DNA of 64,000 nt from a virus: the IMG/VR virus record IMGVR_UViG_3300028393_000060, positions 4,108-68,107 of that record, one strand, 5' to 3'. Every line of letters begins with the position of its first letter. Position 1 is the first letter of the stretch. Under the pieces are notes generated by a model. It was not told the origin of the DNA. It saw only the letters and a program-made list of their open reading frames with translations, and ran no database searches. Position numbers and translations under genes: made by a program. Below are positions 1 to 9,663 of this stretch, piece by piece.

Positions 1-79
1 CAGCATATGATTATGTGCACGAGCACCATGCCGGCAAAGATAACGGCGATGGGTATATTCCTGAAATAATTGGAGGCTA

Positions 80-238
80 ATGATGAAACCATGGAAAAAT
101 CAAAAAGCAGAGCAACCTCTTGACGCATTCATTGAAGATGAATACAGCGATGATGAAATGCAATATATGGCCTATATGGACGACATGAAAGAAAATCGAA
201 TTGATGATGACGACTATAGAGTGGAGAAGATGAAATGA
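80..238 (+). CDS. small acidic early protein (52 aa), not in ORF track
   Basis: GGAGG SD before ATG; translates MMKPWKNQKAEQPLDAFIEDEYSDDEMQYMAYMDDMKENRIDDDDYRVEKMK; ATGA overlap with next small ORF. Confidence 0.55.
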   Translation: MMKPWKNQKAEQPLDAFIEDEYSDDEMQYMAYMDDMKENRIDDDDYRVEKMK

Positions 239-350
239 TTAAAGACCACGCAATTGAATTTAAAAATGTATATACCATGCTGCTATGGCTGCAGGAAAAC
301 AATATAGAGCAATTACCAGTAACATTAGTACTACACCTAGGAGAAAAGAA

Positions 351-524
351 ATGTATACATTAGACATAGAAGATTTATTGATTGTATTGCGCGCATTATA
401 TTGGTATGACGACAAATTGAGTAATACGGAGCGGGATATAGGTCGGGACATCTATGAACGCGACAAAGTAATGAATTTGCGCACTCAATTAGGCAATTTA
501 CTTAAAGCAGAGGCAAAAATTTAA
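351..524 (+). CDS. hypothetical protein
   Basis: AGGAG SD before the ATG at 351 (MYTLDIEDLL...) inside ORF 285..524. Confidence 0.5.
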   Translation: MYTLDIEDLLIVLRALYWYDDKLSNTERDIGRDIYERDKVMNLRTQLGNLLKAEAKI

Positions 525-810
525 TGCAAATTAAATACGATGATTTTGGCCAGGTAGTATGGCAAGAACCGGCCAAGATAAAACGAAAGCCGCAAAAAAT
601 ACAATTTATGGAAACATACAAACTACTTGGAAAGGCTTTATTTTAATGAATTTAATAGGTGGATTTTTATTTTTACCCGTTTTGCTAGTAGTAAATGTAG
701 TTAAATGCTTATGGTGGATTGTATCTAATGCTTGGTGGGCTGTGTTAATTTTATGTATATATGCATTATACAAACATTATGCACCAAAATAGGGCATAAA
801 TTTCGCCATG

Positions 811-819
811 TGGTATAAT
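811..819 (+). promoter_or_regulatory. host sigma-70-type extended -10 promoter (TGgTATAAT)
   Basis: consensus TGnTATAAT about 30 nt upstream of the sigma factor start. Confidence 0.6.
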
Positions 820-847
820 AGGGGTTCATGCACAAAAATGAACCCCT

Positions 848-1414
848 ATGAACGAAAACGACATTCTTAGTAACTACCTACAATCCTTGTATGGTATAGA
901 ACCCTTATCTATTGACGAAGAGCATGATCTCGCTAAGCGCATACAAGCAGGCGATGACGATGCCCTAGACAAGTTAATAATCCACAACCTTAGATTTGTA
1001 GTGTATATAGTGCGGCAGATGACCGCCTGGAACCATGGTAAGGTGCCAGTCGAGGACATGATTGGTATGGGTAATGAAGCCCTATTGATGGCGGGCAGAC
1101 GATGGAAACCAAAGAACAGGGCTAAATTTGCGACCTATGCTAAATCCTTTATAGAAAAGGGAGTGCGTAGGGAGCTAGACAATACCGCCAATATCATTCG
1201 ACTACCCGTCAATATTATGGAGCTAGTTAAACGAATGAACTACAACCATAGGGCATTATCCCAAATACTAGGGCGCAACCCTAAACCACAAGAGCTGGCC
1301 AAGATCATGGGTATATCGGTATCTAAGCTAAGCCAAATACAGGGTTATGTATTAAGAGAACCCGTATCAATAGACAATTTAAATCAAGAAAAGTTGGAGG
1401 AGAACGATGATTAA
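848..1414 (+). CDS. sigma-70 family sigma factor, regions 1.2-3 only (no region 4)
   Basis: YLQSL..IEPLSIDEEHDLAKRIQAGD (1.2); LIIHNLRFVVYIV, EDMIGMGNEALL, KFATYAKSFI (2); IIRLPVN..LGRNPKPQELAKIMG..EPVSID (3), then stops. Confidence 0.9.
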   Translation: MNENDILSNYLQSLYGIEPLSIDEEHDLAKRIQAGDDDALDKLIIHNLRFVVYIVRQMTAWNHGKVPVEDMIGMGNEALLMAGRRWKPKNRAKFATYAKSFIEKGVRRELDNTANIIRLPVNIMELVKRMNYNHRALSQILGRNPKPQELAKIMGISVSKLSQIQGYVLREPVSIDNLNQEKLEENDD

Positions 1415-1712
1415 ATTAAATTACGAGCAGCAAAAGGCGTATGACCGGTTTATTAGAGCCAGGAACAGGGTGTATGGTCGAAAAGGTAAATGGGTGCGAG
1501 CAGCAGACTATACCTCCACAGTAGATATAGTTGGTTTAAACCATCCCCTTTTTGAATTGAATGAAGAATACCAAGAGTATAAAGACGCGTTTAAACAATG
1601 GCTGGCAGTTGAACCCACTTTCAGGCACGAAGAAAGGATGCGCGCTAGTCGTGGGGATTACGGCACGATGGATAGTTGGGATGATAAACCAAGCAAAATC
1701 AAGGAGTTATGA
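1407..1712 (+). CDS. hypothetical protein
   Basis: GGAGG SD, translationally coupled ORF. Confidence 0.7.
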   Translation: MIKLNYEQQKAYDRFIRARNRVYGRKGKWVRAADYTSTVDIVGLNHPLFELNEEYQEYKDAFKQWLAVEPTFRHEERMRASRGDYGTMDSWDDKPSKIKEL

Positions 1713-1903
1713 TGAAAGTAGTATTAACTGACATATTCGATAAGGATGGAAACCTATTAAAAATTGATGTCCACGACTTAGAAGGGCAATTCGTCATCCA
1801 AATTGTATGGGATGAGAACGATGAGCAAACCAGTGAAAACCGCAAAGAATTTCGCAAGTGGGCAAATCGCCAGCTAAAACAGCGTGATTACGATCCTCAA
1901 TAA
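1709..1903 (+). CDS. hypothetical protein
   Basis: AGGAG SD, ATGA overlap. Confidence 0.65.
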   Translation: MMKVVLTDIFDKDGNLLKIDVHDLEGQFVIQIVWDENDEQTSENRKEFRKWANRQLKQRDYDPQ

Positions 1904-1950
1904 TCCTCTTAATAGGCTTAATTTTTTTGAAAATCAAAATTTTAGAAATT

Positions 1951-2071
1951 TTTGTACTAGTAGTACTAGTAGTACCCCTTACTTCACTTCTTTTTATATT
2001 TTTTAATTAATAAAAATAAAAATAAAGAAAGAAGTAGATAAGGGGGTACAAGTGGTACTACTGGTACAAAT
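1951..2071. repeat. imperfect inverted repeat with GTACTAGTA units around an AT-rich core; putative replication origin
   Basis: TTTGTACTAGTAGTACTAGTAGTACCCCTT (1951-1980) versus AGGGGGTACAAGTGGTACTACTGGTACAAAT (2041-2071), with an A/T-rich spacer, just upstream of the primase-helicase. Confidence 0.65.
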
Positions 2072-2125
2072 GATAACTTTTGGTTATAAAACGTCAATTC
2101 TATATAACTAAAGTGTATAAAACAC

Positions 2126-2137
2126 TTTGCATTAGTA
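2126..2137 (+). promoter_or_regulatory. phage promoter motif, -10 half only
   Basis: TTTGCATTAGTA without the upstream GGGCG element. Confidence 0.55.
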
Positions 2138-2166
2138 TGTGGTAAGATGTCGGAAAAGGAGAGAAT

Positions 2167-4485
2167 ATGAAACCGACCAGTTTGCCAGTCAATTTCAATG
2201 CAATACCGATGGAACTCAAAAGAATACCACGTTGGGTTCTTTGGCGCTATGTAGAGGTGGGTGAAGAGGGCAATAAGAGATGGTCTAAACTACCAACTCA
2301 GGCTAATGGTTTATCAGCTTCTTCAACCAATTCAGAGACTTGGGCGGACTTTCTCGCTGTCCAACATGCCTACGAAGACAATCCAGACCGTTTTGCCGGC
2401 GTGGGATTCGTCTTTTCCGATGAAGATAGCCTCATTGGTATCGATCTAGACGACTGTTTTGATTCCGCCACACAGAGTTTCACAAATGCTGCAATGCAGC
2501 AATTAGCAGAATCCATTCAAGGTTATATGGAAATCAGTCCTAGTGGCACAGGGGTGAAGATATTTACCCGCGCTCACTTAAATGCAGCCCACGTTGACCA
2601 TTCCATCGGGCTGGAGATTTACCCACAGGGGCGGTACTTTACCGTCACAGGGCAGCATCTCTCCGGTGCACTGCCCACTGAGGAGCAGGATATTTCCCTG
2701 ATTGTGCCACAAAGGGCGGCGCACATTTCAGGTGATGCGTTTGAGGATTACGCCCCACCCGTCCAAGATTATGACTTAGCCAGGGTGGAGACTGAGCTAC
2801 TGTCTAAGCTTGACCCGGACACAGGTTACTCAGACTGGATGGCAGTAGGGTTTGCGTTGCACCATCAGTTCAGAGGCGATCCGGAGGCATGCGATCTGTG
2901 GGATCGGTGGTCTTACAACGACGGTAACTCGACAGGCTACCAGTCTAGCGGTCAGAACTCATGCTATTCCAAGTGGGCGACGTTTAGGAAAGAGTCGGGG
3001 TGCACACTGCGCTCCCTTATCTTTAAGGTAAACCAAAAGGAAAAGCAGCAAGCCTTGGCTAAAGGCGAGATTATTTTAGACCAAGGCTCGATGAACCATG
3101 CTCGCACATTTTTAGACAGTCATTACGCTAGTGAAGAAGGTTACACGCTGGTGCATTACGCAGAAGACTTTTACATTCATGTCAGGACGCACTATGAAGT
3201 TATTGAAGAAGCCACAATACGATCTAAGCTATACACTTTTCTTGATAAATGCAAAAAGACGGGCAGAAAGGGTGCGCTCGAAATGTTTAACCCTTCTCCA
3301 GCATCCGTCTCTGCCGCACTTGACGCTGTCAAATCAATTACGCATTTGCAAAATCATGCAAACACAAAACCACCTATATGGTTGGATCTTTACGCAGCCA
3401 ACAAACCGGATGCGGCTGATCTTATTTCTTTAAAGAACGGTATTTTCCATCTTAAAGATTATGTGATGCTGCCGCACAGCTTAGGGTTCTTCACACAGAA
3501 CTCTTTGCCGTTTGTATATGACCAAGAGGCTAAGTGCCCACAGTGGTTAGCATTTATGCAATCGATTTGGGGTGATGATCAGCAGTCAATCGATACGCTG
3601 CAAGAGATGTTTGGTTACATTTTGTCGGGTGATACTCGCCAGCAAAAGTTCTTTAACATTATTGGACCCCGCCGTAGTGGCAAGGGAACGATTAACAAGA
3701 TACTAGTATCGCTGCTAGGTCAGCACAATACGGTCGCACCACAATTGGAGGAACTCTGTGATACTTTTGGCTTACAGCCTTGGCTGGGTAAACTATTGGC
3801 TTCTTTTACAGACGCACGAGCTCCTGAACGCAATCGGGGCGCTGTTGTGTCTCAGCTTCTTCGTATTGTGGGTGGGGATACCGTCACAGTCAACAGAAAG
3901 AATAAAGAGAGCTGGAATGGTTATCTGCCTACTCGTATCGTTATTTATTCTAATGAAGTTCTTCAATTAACTGAGAACTCTAATGCGTTAACAGGACGCA
4001 TGATTGTGTTAAAAATGACTAAATCATTCTTTGACCATGAAGATACAGAGCTATCATTTAAATTGGAGAAAGAGTTAGCTGGTATTTTTAACTGGGCAAT
4101 GGAAGGATTAAAGCGCAGACTGGCACGTGGCGGTCACTTTGTACAGCCGGAGACCGGTAGAAGTTTGTTGGAGTTGATGGCTGAACTGGGCAACCCAATT
4201 GGCTCATTCGTAGAAGATGCTTTGGAGTTTGATGCGCTGGGCACAGTATCTAAAGACGATGTGTTTACTTGTTACAAACGCTGGGCGCTGGCTAAGTCAT
4301 TACCGCCAGGTACAGAGTTAGCATTTAAACGTCGCTTCTTAGCTGCCACCCAAGAGCATCGAATAGATGTTGATGTTGATAGAACTAACGGCAATAGGAT
4401 ACATATTTATCGTGGCATTAAGTTAAATCCTAAAGCACAGAAGTACGTAGATAGTGTAGAATCATTTAATGAGGAGGTGTTTTAA
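2167..4485 (+). CDS. primase-polymerase (AEP) / PriCT / D5-like SF3 helicase
   Basis: IGIDLDDC and EISPSGTG AEP motifs; YSDWMAVGFALH PriCT-like; Walker A GPRRSGKGT. Confidence 0.9.
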   Translation: MKPTSLPVNFNAIPMELKRIPRWVLWRYVEVGEEGNKRWSKLPTQANGLSASSTNSETWADFLAVQHAYEDNPDRFAGVGFVFSDEDSLIGIDLDDCFDSATQSFTNAAMQQLAESIQGYMEISPSGTGVKIFTRAHLNAAHVDHSIGLEIYPQGRYFTVTGQHLSGALPTEEQDISLIVPQRAAHISGDAFEDYAPPVQDYDLARVETELLSKLDPDTGYSDWMAVGFALHHQFRGDPEACDLWDRWSYNDGNSTGYQSSGQNSCYSKWATFRKESGCTLRSLIFKVNQKEKQQALAKGEIILDQGSMNHARTFLDSHYASEEGYTLVHYAEDFYIHVRTHYEVIEEATIRSKLYTFLDKCKKTGRKGALEMFNPSPASVSAALDAVKSITHLQNHANTKPPIWLDLYAANKPDAADLISLKNGIFHLKDYVMLPHSLGFFTQNSLPFVYDQEAKCPQWLAFMQSIWGDDQQSIDTLQEMFGYILSGDTRQQKFFNIIGPRRSGKGTINKILVSLLGQHNTVAPQLEELCDTFGLQPWLGKLLASFTDARAPERNRGAVVSQLLRIVGGDTVTVNRKNKESWNGYLPTRIVIYSNEVLQLTENSNALTGRMIVLKMTKSFFDHEDTELSFKLEKELAGIFNWAMEGLKRRLARGGHFVQPETGRSLLELMAELGNPIGSFVEDALEFDALGTVSKDDVFTCYKRWALAKSLPPGTELAFKRRFLAATQEHRIDVDVDRTNGNRIHIYRGIKLNPKAQKYVDSVESFNEEVF

Positions 4486-4638
4486 TATGAATGTAATCAC
4501 CGTAAAGCAGTATTTAGAAATTTTTAAGTTCTCAAACGTTGAGAATTTAAAACACATGAAGCGAGTGTTGTTTATGTCACATGGAACCGAAGATTTAAAA
4601 AACCGTTATGAAGCAATAAAAATTGCATTGGGGGAAGA

Positions 4639-4857
4639 ATGAACGATAGAGACTATTTTGCAGCCACCATTATGAGCGGTATCTGCGCTGGTGACTGGAA
4701 GCTAAACATTGAAGAGGGCAGCACTTGGGACGAGATAGCAGCCAAGCGTTGCTACGAGATTGCCGATGCGATGATCAAACACCGTGACATTACCGAAGTC
4801 ACCGAGGCCGACTTTGTACGCAACGCCAAGCTAAGAGACATTGCAGGTGAAGAATGA
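4639..4857 (+). CDS. hypothetical phage protein
   Basis: RDYFAA...CYEIADAMIK.R pattern typical of a common small phage family. Confidence 0.7.
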   Translation: MNDRDYFAATIMSGICAGDWKLNIEEGSTWDEIAAKRCYEIADAMIKHRDITEVTEADFVRNAKLRDIAGEE

Positions 4858-5036
4858 ACGCAAATGAACTAGCTAACTTATTAGAAGTAGATAGTTGGTA
4901 CAAGCTGGTAACTAGGGAAGAAATAGCCACCATGCTACGCCAGCAACAAGCTGAAATAGAGGCGTTGAAACGTCATCGTGATAGATTGGAAACGCTGGCG
5001 GAAAAGATGTTACAAGGAAGCGGAGAAATAGAATGA
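4854..5036 (+). CDS. hypothetical coiled-coil protein
   Basis: ATGA overlap; ATMLRQQQAEIEALK. Confidence 0.6.
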   Translation: MNANELANLLEVDSWYKLVTREEIATMLRQQQAEIEALKRHRDRLETLAEKMLQGSGEIE

Positions 5037-5620
5037 CCACCTTCACCACACAAGACCGGCAAGATGCTCAACGCACCCCGTTGACCGACGAGCAAATACA
5101 CGATATTTGGAAAAGTTTATGGGAAGGCGGCAATATTGGACACATAGCTTACACATACGCCCGCGCCATCGAACGCGCCCACGGAATAGGAGAATAGGAT
5201 GATTTACTTTTTAACTTATTTTTTATTAGACCACTTTGACGCACCATCAATTTACTTTACTTTGTTTTGGTGCATCATTGTCGGTGAAGCGTTGTTTGCA
5301 ATTGCTGCCGGATTTTTACAGGCAATCAACAAATGAGCTTCACCATCTACCAACACGACGGGCTCAAAGTTATCCAGTGGTTCGCCACAGTTGACAGCCT
5401 GATTGCCAGCATGCTGGCCAACCCTAACGACGCATACCACCGCAATGACTGAGATCGCTTTATCATTCTTCATCGGCTTTTTGGTTGGCTTGGTCATGCG
5501 CCCAAAAGATAAAGACATGTTAGACGATGTGCTAGAGCGCAACGAGAAATACCGCAAGTACGAAGAAGAGATTAAATATTACAAAGACTTGTGCAAATGG
5601 CACGTAGAAAGGAAACAAAA

Positions 5621-6649
5621 ATGAAACGAGTATTAGTTACTGGAGGTGCTGGCTTTATTGCCCACCATGTTATTCAAACCATCCTAAACCAAACAGACTG
5701 GAACATTGTTTGTCTTGATCGTTTAGATTTTTCAGGCAACCTAAACCGCCTAGCAGATATGATGGCGGACTTCTCACCTGATACCAAGAAACGAGTAGAG
5801 ATTGTTTACCATGACCTACGTGCTGAACTCAATCCTATGATTATGGAAATGGTTGGCGATGTGCAATACATCCTCCATCTAGCCGCTGGCTCGCATGTTG
5901 ATCGCTCGATTGAATACCCGATGGAGTTTGTGCAAGACAACGTTATTGGCACAGTGCATCTTTTACAATTTGCTAGAACGTTGAAAAACCTTGAGCGCTT
6001 TGTTTACTTCTCAACCGATGAAGTATTTGGGCCAGCCCCCGTTGGTGTCAACTACAAAGAGCGTGACCGTTACAACTCTACTAATCCTTACTCAGCCTCC
6101 AAGGCGGCTGCTGAAGAGCTGTGTGTGGCGTTTGAGAATACTTACAAGCTACCAATTTATATCACGCACACAATGAATGTGTTTGGCGAACGTCAGCATC
6201 CTGAGAAGTACATACCAATGGTAATCAAAAAAGCACGTGATGGTGAAGTTGTGCACATCCATTCAGACAGCACCAAAACCATTCCAGGTTCACGCCACTA
6301 CATCCACGCTAAAGATGTGGCTGATGGCTTGATGTTTATCCTTAGCCTTGATCCTGCTAGAGTTAGTGAAAAAGATTACGGTGGCGCTAAATGTCCTAAG
6401 TTTAATTTGGTAGGACCAGAGGAGATTGATAACTTAGAGCTGGCTCGCTTAATTGCAAAAGCCCAAGACAAAGAACTGGTATACAAACTGATTGATTTTC
6501 ACTCATCTCGTCCAGGACATGACTTGCGTTATGCCTTATCAGGCGAATACCTTAAATCACTTGGATGGGAACCTAAGATCAATTTGACAGATCGCATTAA
6601 AGAAGTGGTGCAGTGGACATTACAAAACGACAGATGGTTAATCAAATGA
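5621..6649 (+). CDS. rfbB: dTDP-glucose 4,6-dehydratase (extended SDR)
   Basis: VTGGAGFI Rossmann motif, HLAAGSHVDRSI, STDEVFG, YSASK, RPGHDLRYA; start moved to MKRVLV. Confidence 0.92.
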   Translation: MKRVLVTGGAGFIAHHVIQTILNQTDWNIVCLDRLDFSGNLNRLADMMADFSPDTKKRVEIVYHDLRAELNPMIMEMVGDVQYILHLAAGSHVDRSIEYPMEFVQDNVIGTVHLLQFARTLKNLERFVYFSTDEVFGPAPVGVNYKERDRYNSTNPYSASKAAAEELCVAFENTYKLPIYITHTMNVFGERQHPEKYIPMVIKKARDGEVVHIHSDSTKTIPGSRHYIHAKDVADGLMFILSLDPARVSEKDYGGAKCPKFNLVGPEEIDNLELARLIAKAQDKELVYKLIDFHSSRPGHDLRYALSGEYLKSLGWEPKINLTDRIKEVVQWTLQNDRWLIK

Positions 6650-6806
6650 CAAAGAAAAAGACTGTAGAGTTTGAAGAAGGCTGGGCGGATGAATTATTGG
6701 CAGATGGTACAATCACACAAGAAGAAGTTGATGCTCTGGAAAGAATTATTACTGAGTTTGTGGAAGACGGCACCATCCTTGAAGATCACAAAGAGACAAA
6801 ACACTA

Positions 6807-7400
6807 ATGGAAAATAAACTACCGTATTACATTGCCGACACCGGACACTTTGGTATCAAGATCAAAGTGTGCTTTTCAGAATCGGCGTTTCATCAGGCTG
6901 TTAAAGATTCTAAAATAACAACCAAGCATCATGCTTTGGACATGGGTATTGCAGAGTCACACTACATCCAACAAGAGGGCACACCGTTTGCCATGTTGGG
7001 CATCGTGTTTAACTACGAAGAGATGGATAAGTTAGATTCATTAGAGCGTATGGGAATTATTTACCATGAAGTATCACATACCACCACTCATGTATTTGAG
7101 TATATCGGTGAAGATGATGCTAAGATTGGTGATGAGTCTCGTTCTTATTTAGGCGAACATATTTTTAAACAAGTGTTTAGCATCTACGCAACGGAGGAAG
7201 ACAAGCGTGAACGTGCTGGAAAAAGAGATAGAAAAACATCTGACGAAGAAAGTGAAGCAGTCATCGGGGCTTTGTTTCAAATGGCTCAGCAGCGTGACGG
7301 GAGTGCCGGATCGGATAGTATTCCTAAACCAAAAGGTACACCTCGTAGAACTAAAGACAGCAACGGGAAAGCTAAGCCCAAGACAGACGCTAGTGTTTGA
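6807..7400 (+). CDS. hypothetical protein with HExxH motif (possible metallopeptidase)
   Basis: YHEVSHTTTH; C-terminal tail overlaps the next gene. Confidence 0.6.
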   Translation: MENKLPYYIADTGHFGIKIKVCFSESAFHQAVKDSKITTKHHALDMGIAESHYIQQEGTPFAMLGIVFNYEEMDKLDSLERMGIIYHEVSHTTTHVFEYIGEDDAKIGDESRSYLGEHIFKQVFSIYATEEDKRERAGKRDRKTSDEESEAVIGALFQMAQQRDGSAGSDSIPKPKGTPRRTKDSNGKAKPKTDASV

Positions 7401-7485
7401 CGAACTGGGCGAAGCTGGTTTTCCTGTACATATATTAAGATCAAAAGAAGACATTGAGGATTTTGTAAATGGCGCTATCAAATAA
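7207..7485 (+). CDS. VRR-NUC nuclease
   Basis: EKEIEK..GVPDRIV..VELKTATGKLSPRQ. Confidence 0.88.
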   Translation: MNVLEKEIEKHLTKKVKQSSGLCFKWLSSVTGVPDRIVFLNQKVHLVELKTATGKLSPRQTLVFDELGEAGFPVHILRSKEDIEDFVNGAIK

Positions 7486-8137
7486 AATTCTTGTTAGGCA
7501 GCAAAATTATAGGAAAACTAAAAAAGGACATTTAGTAAATTTTTTAGGACATGCAAAATCAAGAGCTAAAATTCAAAATCTTCCCTGTGATTTGACATTA
7601 GAATACCTGGAATCGATTGCTAATGATGAATGTCCAGTTTTTAACACGCCATTTGTTTGGGGACAAAGTAATGGCAAACACCCGTACAGGCCTTCTTTAG
7701 ATAGAGTTGTACCAGATTTAGGTTATGTAAAAGGCAACGTTGTTTTTATTTCTTTAAAAGCCAATACAATTAAACAAGACATTACCGAAAAAGAGTTGTA
7801 TGCAGTAGCAGATTGGCTGCATGATAAACGGAAAGAAGTTTTAGAAAATGTTAAACCGAAACCAGTTGCACCCTTACCAGATGAAGATAATTGGGAAGGC
7901 GAAATGCATCCCCAACATCGGACTATTTCTACCACCGGGACTGGGAAAGACAGCAACAACGCTGACCATCATAGCGGAGCAATTTACAGGCAAAACGTTA
8001 ATCATAGCCCCGAAACGAGTAGCGGAGACAGTATGGGATACGGAAATACAGAAGTGGGAACATCTGAAACACTTGAAAGTGTCCAAGATAATTGGGAACT
8101 CCACCCAACGTATGGCTGGATTGAACGCAAAGGCTGA
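7469..8137 (+). CDS. HNH-like (beta-beta-alpha-Me) endonuclease
   Basis: CPVF..PSLDRVVPDLGYVKGNVVFISLKANTIK; last ~95 aa overlap the helicase in another frame. Confidence 0.7.
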   Translation: MALSNKILVRQQNYRKTKKGHLVNFLGHAKSRAKIQNLPCDLTLEYLESIANDECPVFNTPFVWGQSNGKHPYRPSLDRVVPDLGYVKGNVVFISLKANTIKQDITEKELYAVADWLHDKRKEVLENVKPKPVAPLPDEDNWEGEMHPQHRTISTTGTGKDSNNADHHSGAIYRQNVNHSPETSSGDSMGYGNTEVGTSETLESVQDNWELHPTYGWIERKG

Positions 8138-9182
8138 TGTTTATTTGGTTAACTTGGAAAATGTATCGTGGTTATTTGAAGTCCAACCCAAACCAATGTT
8201 TACCAACCTGGTTATAGATGAGTCTAGCCGTTTTAAGGATCCAAGCACCAAACGTTTTAAGGCCCTTAAAAAGCATTTAAAAGGCTTCCAGAGGCGTTTA
8301 ATTCTTACAGGCACACCCACCCCTCAAGGCATGGCCGATCTCTGGTCACAGGTCGGTATATTGGATTTAGGAGAGCGTTTAGAGACAAGCCTTACCCGGT
8401 TCAGGGATAAGTATATGTCTCCGGACCAAATGAACCGACACACAAAGGTTATTTACAGTTGGAAATTAAAAGAAAATGCAGATCAGATTATTAAAGATAA
8501 GATTGAAGATATTTGTTTTAGTCTTAAAGCTGAGGATTATTTACAGCTTCCACCGCTTACAACGCTTTATCACCAGGTTGAGATAGACAAAAATGCAAGG
8601 AGTCAGTATGAGCAACTTAGAAAAGACATGGTCGTTGACATCAAAAAAGAAAAAATCACAGCTCCAACAGCAGCAGCATTGGCGAACAAGCTGCTCCAGT
8701 TCACATCGGGAGCGGTCTATAACGAAGAAGGAGAGTCTCAAGAAATACACCGCGCTAAATTGGAACGGCTTGAGTCGATCATGGAAGAATCTTCAAGTCC
8801 CACGCTTGTCTTCTATCATTTCAAGCATTCACTCCAACGAATACGTCTTCAGTTCCCAGAGGCGGTGGTGCTGGACGATGACAACATTGAGGCGTGGCGT
8901 CGTGGCGAGATTCGTATGCTCCTTGCCCACCCGCAGAGTGGTGGTATCGGGCTTAATCTGCAGTGCAACGTTGGAGAGACAGCACAAACGGTCTGGTTCG
9001 ATTTACCATGGAGCTCAGAGAACTACATCCAGGCAAATGCTCGGATCTACCGCCAAGGGCAAGAAAAACCGGTTATTATACACCATCTAACAGTGACTAA
9101 TAGTATCGACGAGCACGTAGTAAAAGTATTAGAAGGCAAAATTAATTTACAAGAAGCACTTTTAGATTCATTGGTTCTATGA
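7848..9182 (+). CDS. SNF2-family (SF2) helicase
   Basis: LHPYQ, PGLGKT, VIDESS, LTGTP, GLNLQ, QANARIYRQGQ. Confidence 0.92.
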   Translation: MLNRNQLHPYQMKIIGKAKCIPNIGLFLPPGLGKTATTLTIIAEQFTGKTLIIAPKRVAETVWDTEIQKWEHLKHLKVSKIIGNSTQRMAGLNAKADVYLVNLENVSWLFEVQPKPMFTNLVIDESSRFKDPSTKRFKALKKHLKGFQRRLILTGTPTPQGMADLWSQVGILDLGERLETSLTRFRDKYMSPDQMNRHTKVIYSWKLKENADQIIKDKIEDICFSLKAEDYLQLPPLTTLYHQVEIDKNARSQYEQLRKDMVVDIKKEKITAPTAAALANKLLQFTSGAVYNEEGESQEIHRAKLERLESIMEESSSPTLVFYHFKHSLQRIRLQFPEAVVLDDDNIEAWRRGEIRMLLAHPQSGGIGLNLQCNVGETAQTVWFDLPWSSENYIQANARIYRQGQEKPVIIHHLTVTNSIDEHVVKVLEGKINLQEALLDSLVL

Positions 9183-9484
9183 CAACACACAAAGTAAAAG
9201 CAGTAGCCCCGCGTCTTTCAGATGAAGACCTTGACCCAATTGAGCAAGACGAGCAAGAAAGTATTGCGTCTTCGCTAATCAACGAAGGCTGGCTGCCGTG
9301 GGATGCAGAAGACGTTAAAGATATTAAACGTTTGATAGCGGAAAAAATGCCAGCAAAACAGCGCTATGTTTTAGAAGCTTTTTTGCAAGGTTTGAGTTAT
9401 AATGATATAGGTGTGAGCGAAAAACATTGGCGCTACCATTTTAACAATGGGCTTGAATTTATTAAACAGGAACTTAAGGTATGA
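9179..9484 (+). CDS. stand-alone sigma-70 region-4-like HTH protein
   Basis: MPAKQRYVLEAFLQGLSYNDIGVSEKHWRYHFNNGLEFIKQEL resembles the region-4 pattern LPxxQRxV..GLSYxEI..GxS. Confidence 0.6.
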   Translation: MTTHKVKAVAPRLSDEDLDPIEQDEQESIASSLINEGWLPWDAEDVKDIKRLIAEKMPAKQRYVLEAFLQGLSYNDIGVSEKHWRYHFNNGLEFIKQELKV

Positions 9485-9663
9485 CAACATTTATTGTAGA
9501 GCATTTACATAACGGCCACCCAATGTTTGACAGCGTTACCGGTGTAGAAGATATTGATTTAACAATGTTTAAAGACATACAAACATTGTGGGTGTGCGAC
9601 ACGAAAGAAGAAATTGAAGCAGTAGAAAGCGAATTAAGGAAAAAACATGCACGACGTAGTTAA
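9481..9663 (+). CDS. hypothetical protein
   Basis: coupled ORF. Confidence 0.55.
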   Translation: MTTFIVEHLHNGHPMFDSVTGVEDIDLTMFKDIQTLWVCDTKEEIEAVESELRKKHARRS

